Positions 59,966-64,000 of a stretch of DNA of 64,000 nucleotides are shown piece by piece. A program made the translations under genes and the position numbers. The stretch is from the NCBI GenBank assembly GCA_030390025.1, contig CM059432.1, positions 125,676,001 through 125,740,000 of the forward strand. Direction: 5' to 3'. Each line of letters begins with the position of its first letter. Position 1 is the stretch's first letter. The stretch comes from Squalus acanthias. Taxonomy: Eukaryota. Below the pieces are notes generated by a model. It did no database searches. It was not told the DNA's origin and saw only the letters and a program-made list of their open reading frames with translations.

Positions 59966-62522
59966 CACTTCCCAAACATCCCATGGTAAATTGTTTTGAA
60001 AAGAAAGATACAACAGGAACTCTAATGAATTTATCACACTCTAAAATTGCTCAATAACTATTGGAACTTAAAAAAAAAGGTACTACACAATCTATTCCAG
60101 TAAATACAGAATTTAAATCAGCACAAGTTATTCCACCATACAGGAAAACACAAATGCTGCAATTTAGAAATACAAGAATCAACTATAATTATAACTTTAC
60201 AAATATTATCAAAACACGGAATTTTTAGCTTGCAGTCAGGGATCAAAAATAGCACTAACTGAAGCCGCTTGGTTACTACAACAAACAGCTTATTCTGTTT
60301 TTGTTCGACTGCTTTCTTTGAGCTAACAAAACCTCCTATAAATACAATTATGACAACCAAATGTGAAACCTTATCTGGAGTGATGTAGCTTAATGAGAGC
60401 CAAGGAGTGCTTTCCTGGGTACTGTACCAATTTTCAATAATTTATTTCAGTACATTGCTAACCAATAATCTGGCTAAATTAAAGCCTGAGTCCTAAAGTG
60501 ACACTTAAAGTTTCACAGATCCCTTCCATACCCACTTAAGTGGCAAGTCCTAAATTAATATTCCTCAACAGCATGCTAACTTTTTTTTTAAATTATTCCA
60601 GCTAACACACAAGTAAAGGCGAGAAAGACAAAAGGGATAAGACGGTATATGGGCAAGAATGAGTTCCCGTTCTAAAACATTTTTATAAAGCACAAAATAA
60701 TGCTAATTATAAAATGTACGTAACTCTTTTTTTTTTTAAAGCAGAACATTTATATATAGGGACAGACGAGCCACAAGAGACCGAAAAAAAAATCAAGCTA
60801 CACCTGAATGGGAAATGCAGTTGGTGCTTTCCATGTTGACTCAGGTTGAAGACGGTAGGCCTGATGCAGCGATAACAGTACTCCTTGAAATTGAAGGTTG
60901 AGAAATCAAAAGCTAGAAACCTGCAGTGCTAGCACTGAGTGGTGTACTGGCAATCCAATATTAGTTTCAAGCATCTTTAATGAATGCAAAGCTAAAGTTC
61001 GCATTACATATTTGATTAACCAGCATTAACAGCTCGAAAGACAGACCAAATCAATTTGTGCAATGGAAGCACTGGTATAATTATGTATATATTCCATGTT
61101 GCAGGTAGTATTTTCCTGGGGGGGGCGCACAGGAAAGAGATGGGCAACCTGTTGGGTTAAGTCTTCAAATATATTTCACTTTCTAAATGCTGCAGTTAGC
61201 CATTTGGAAATAGACCAAGTACTAACCAATCCACTTTACATAGAAAGCAGGGGTATTGCAGGGGAAGCAGCAGGAAATGACCTCATGATGCAAGAATTCC
61301 TTTCCACTCTCCTCCACTGCAACAAAAAAACCCTACAAGGAAAAGTTCACCTGAATCCAAAGATTAAAAAAGGGCGTTTGCAAACTCACCTCTCCCTTCT
61401 CCACCCTTTGCCAGGTTTACAAACCAGCAGCGATTAATCCACCAGCTACTGATTTGTAATAATCCTTTAGCCATAGTAGTCTATTATCTCTATACAGCAG
61501 TGTCACCTAAAAGAAATCGTTATCTGCGGCCTTCAAAGACACGCCCAAGGAAAGCCAAACCAAGTACGGCCAATAAAACAGTAAATTATATATTAAAAGT
61601 TAAACACGGCCAAGATACGGGGTTAAACACGGAGCTAGATTTGCATGTACAGAAATCCAATCCGATTAAATAGCGAAAGTTTTATCGTCATCAGTGGGCA
61701 AGTGTGGCGGCAGAGGTAGTCGATTGTTTTTTAAACTCACTTTTAAAAATCTGTTTTTGAATGAGGAAATACTAGAAAGGAGAGCATAAAATCGTGGCCC
61801 GGAGGCGTTTAGCGCAAGGCCTGGACCGGCAGCAGAGAAATTAAGTACCGGCAACGCCCAAAAAAATCTGGCTGCGTTTCGTTCACCTAACCCAGAGAGC
61901 CCCCCTAAAAAAAAACGGTCTGGTTACAACTGATCCCAGTGGCAGATACCTTATGGGAAACTTGGAATGATCAGATTTATGGGAACAAGGTCAAAGCGGA
62001 GACAAATAAACGCTGCGGCTAGTCGGCAATAAGGATTGTTAACAACTCGCAGTGCCCGCCCTCTGAGCCGAGGATCACACTGTGAACAACCGCAGATTTC
62101 CTCCATTTACAGAAAGAAAGGGAAACGAGACGTGAGGGGGGAGAAAAAAAAAAGAGAGCGAGAGAATCAGCAATTTAAAAAAAACAACCGATTGGATTAT
62201 TTCCAGACGACAAACACCCATTGTAAAATTGAAAGAAAACTGCCGCCCTCCTCCTCCTCCTCCCCCAGCGACAATCTTCAGATAAAGAAACCGCTCCCCT
62301 CCCCGAAGACAACAGTTGCACAAGCAGAAACACATTCCGGAAATTGGCTTTTAAAAAAAAATGTGTAAAGGAGTGCAGGTCTCTGGATTGTAAATGGCGA
62401 CCTGCCCTGTCTCTTACACGTTTTTAAAAAAAAAATACAGATGAGGTAAGTGGGTGGAGAAAGGATCCCATTAACCCTCCCACCCCCCCACCTTCTTCCC
62501 CTCTGGTAACCTTAAAATATTA

Positions 62523-63071
<549 letters not shown>

Positions 63072-63651
63072 TCAATTTAGAATTTCATCCAACAGCCGAC
63101 GGGAAAATAAAATGTCTCCTTACCTACCGCGGGGACAAATTCAAATCGCCCCTTTCCCCCCCCACCCCCAACCACCACATCAGATGGCACCGCCGCCCAT
63201 TATTGTGAAGATGGTGGGAGTTGTCTCTCACCCACCCGTGGAAATTTAAAAAAAAGCAGTGCGACTCACTCAAGATGGGGGGGGGGGGAAGAGGGGGAAA
63301 AAAACAGCCCGATTTATTTAGGATCAAAAAAGCAGCCAACCCGCTCCTGAAAAGAAAATGGAGGAGTGTGGGTGGGGGTGTGTGTGTGTGGAGAGGGGAG
63401 GGGGTCTCGTTACTCGGCTGCCGACGCCAAGGCGAGAGAGCTTGTGTGGTTGGGGGGGGGTTGTTGGCGGAGCAGTTGAGCTACACGCGGGGCCTCTCTC
63501 TCTCTCTCTCCAAAAAGCGGCGGCCTCCCCCTCCTTCCCTCCCCGCCGGCAGCGTACAAAGGCAGCGCACCTCTAATTTACCGACCCCCCACCCCGGGGG
63601 GCACTGCGCCTCAATGAATGGAGATGGGGGGGGGGAAGCTGCGGCCTTTAC

Positions 63652-63810
63652 CTGCTGGTCCGAATGAGCTTCACAGTGACTCTGCCGCTCGGTGAGTGAG
63701 GAGGAGCCGCCGCGATTCGCCTCACTCGCTGGCTGGGACTGACGGACGCTCGCTGGCTGGCTGGGAGGGAGGGAGGGAGGGAGGGTGGGGGAGGGGCGGG
63801 CGAGCGCTCA
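63652..63810 (-). other. ywhab: Putative non-coding exon 1 (5' UTR), spliced to the acceptor at 63021/63020
   Basis: CAG|GTAAAG donor at 63651. Pyrimidine tract and cacag acceptor upstream of the ATG exon. TSS position is approximate. Confidence 0.6.
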
Positions 63811-63915
63811 GCTGATCCTTGAGCCGCTCTCCAACCCACGGGGTTTCCTCCAATGAGACGCAGGGCGAGCTGACGTCAGCCGCTGCCCCGGCAACGGCGG
63901 CATGATTGACGTATC
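63790..63915 (-). promoter_or_regulatory. CpG-island promoter of the 14-3-3 gene
   Basis: GC box ggggcggg 63793-63800, CCAAT 63850-63854, full CRE TGACGTCA 63871-63878 and half CRE TGACGT 63907-63912. CpG-rich from about 61.5 kb to the window end. Confidence 0.7.
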
Positions 63916-64000
63916 GAATCGATTGTCTGTCACACACACAAAAAAGGAGCGAGAGAGAGAGAGAGAGAAAGGCGATCTTTGCTTTATCTCGTTCTGCTGC

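Overview
Vertebrate genomic DNA, most likely from a cartilaginous fish (shark), inferred from the repeat complement (V-SINE/HE1-like, DeuSINE-like, CR1, L2, Penelope, Harbinger). The right part holds one complete minus-strand 14-3-3 gene, most likely ywhab. It has five coding exons (62969-62676, 48187-48064, 40527-40364, 40282-40187, 39246-39187) that splice at GT/AG sites into a 245-aa protein, with a CpG-island promoter near 63.7-63.9 kb and a long 3' UTR. The left ~36 kb has no recognisable host gene and is a nested transposon field. It contains CR1, Zenon-like CR1-group and L2 LINEs, several SINE families, hAT MITEs, and a PIF/Harbinger set (a two-gene element, a Myb/SANT-only derivative, relics and MITEs). 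The most unusual items are: (i) a perfect, spacer-less 368-bp palindrome made by a Penelope-like insertion carrying a minimal hammerhead ribozyme on each strand; (ii) a TSD-flanked Harbinger derivative carrying only the spliced Myb/SANT-coiled-coil gene; (iii) a 29-copy CpG-rich 28-bp minisatellite in a ywhab intron, bracketed by imperfect inverted NRF1/ETS-motif flanks. I found no clearly new gene system. Repeat family names come from recalled consensus motifs, not database searches, and most repeat boundaries are approximate.
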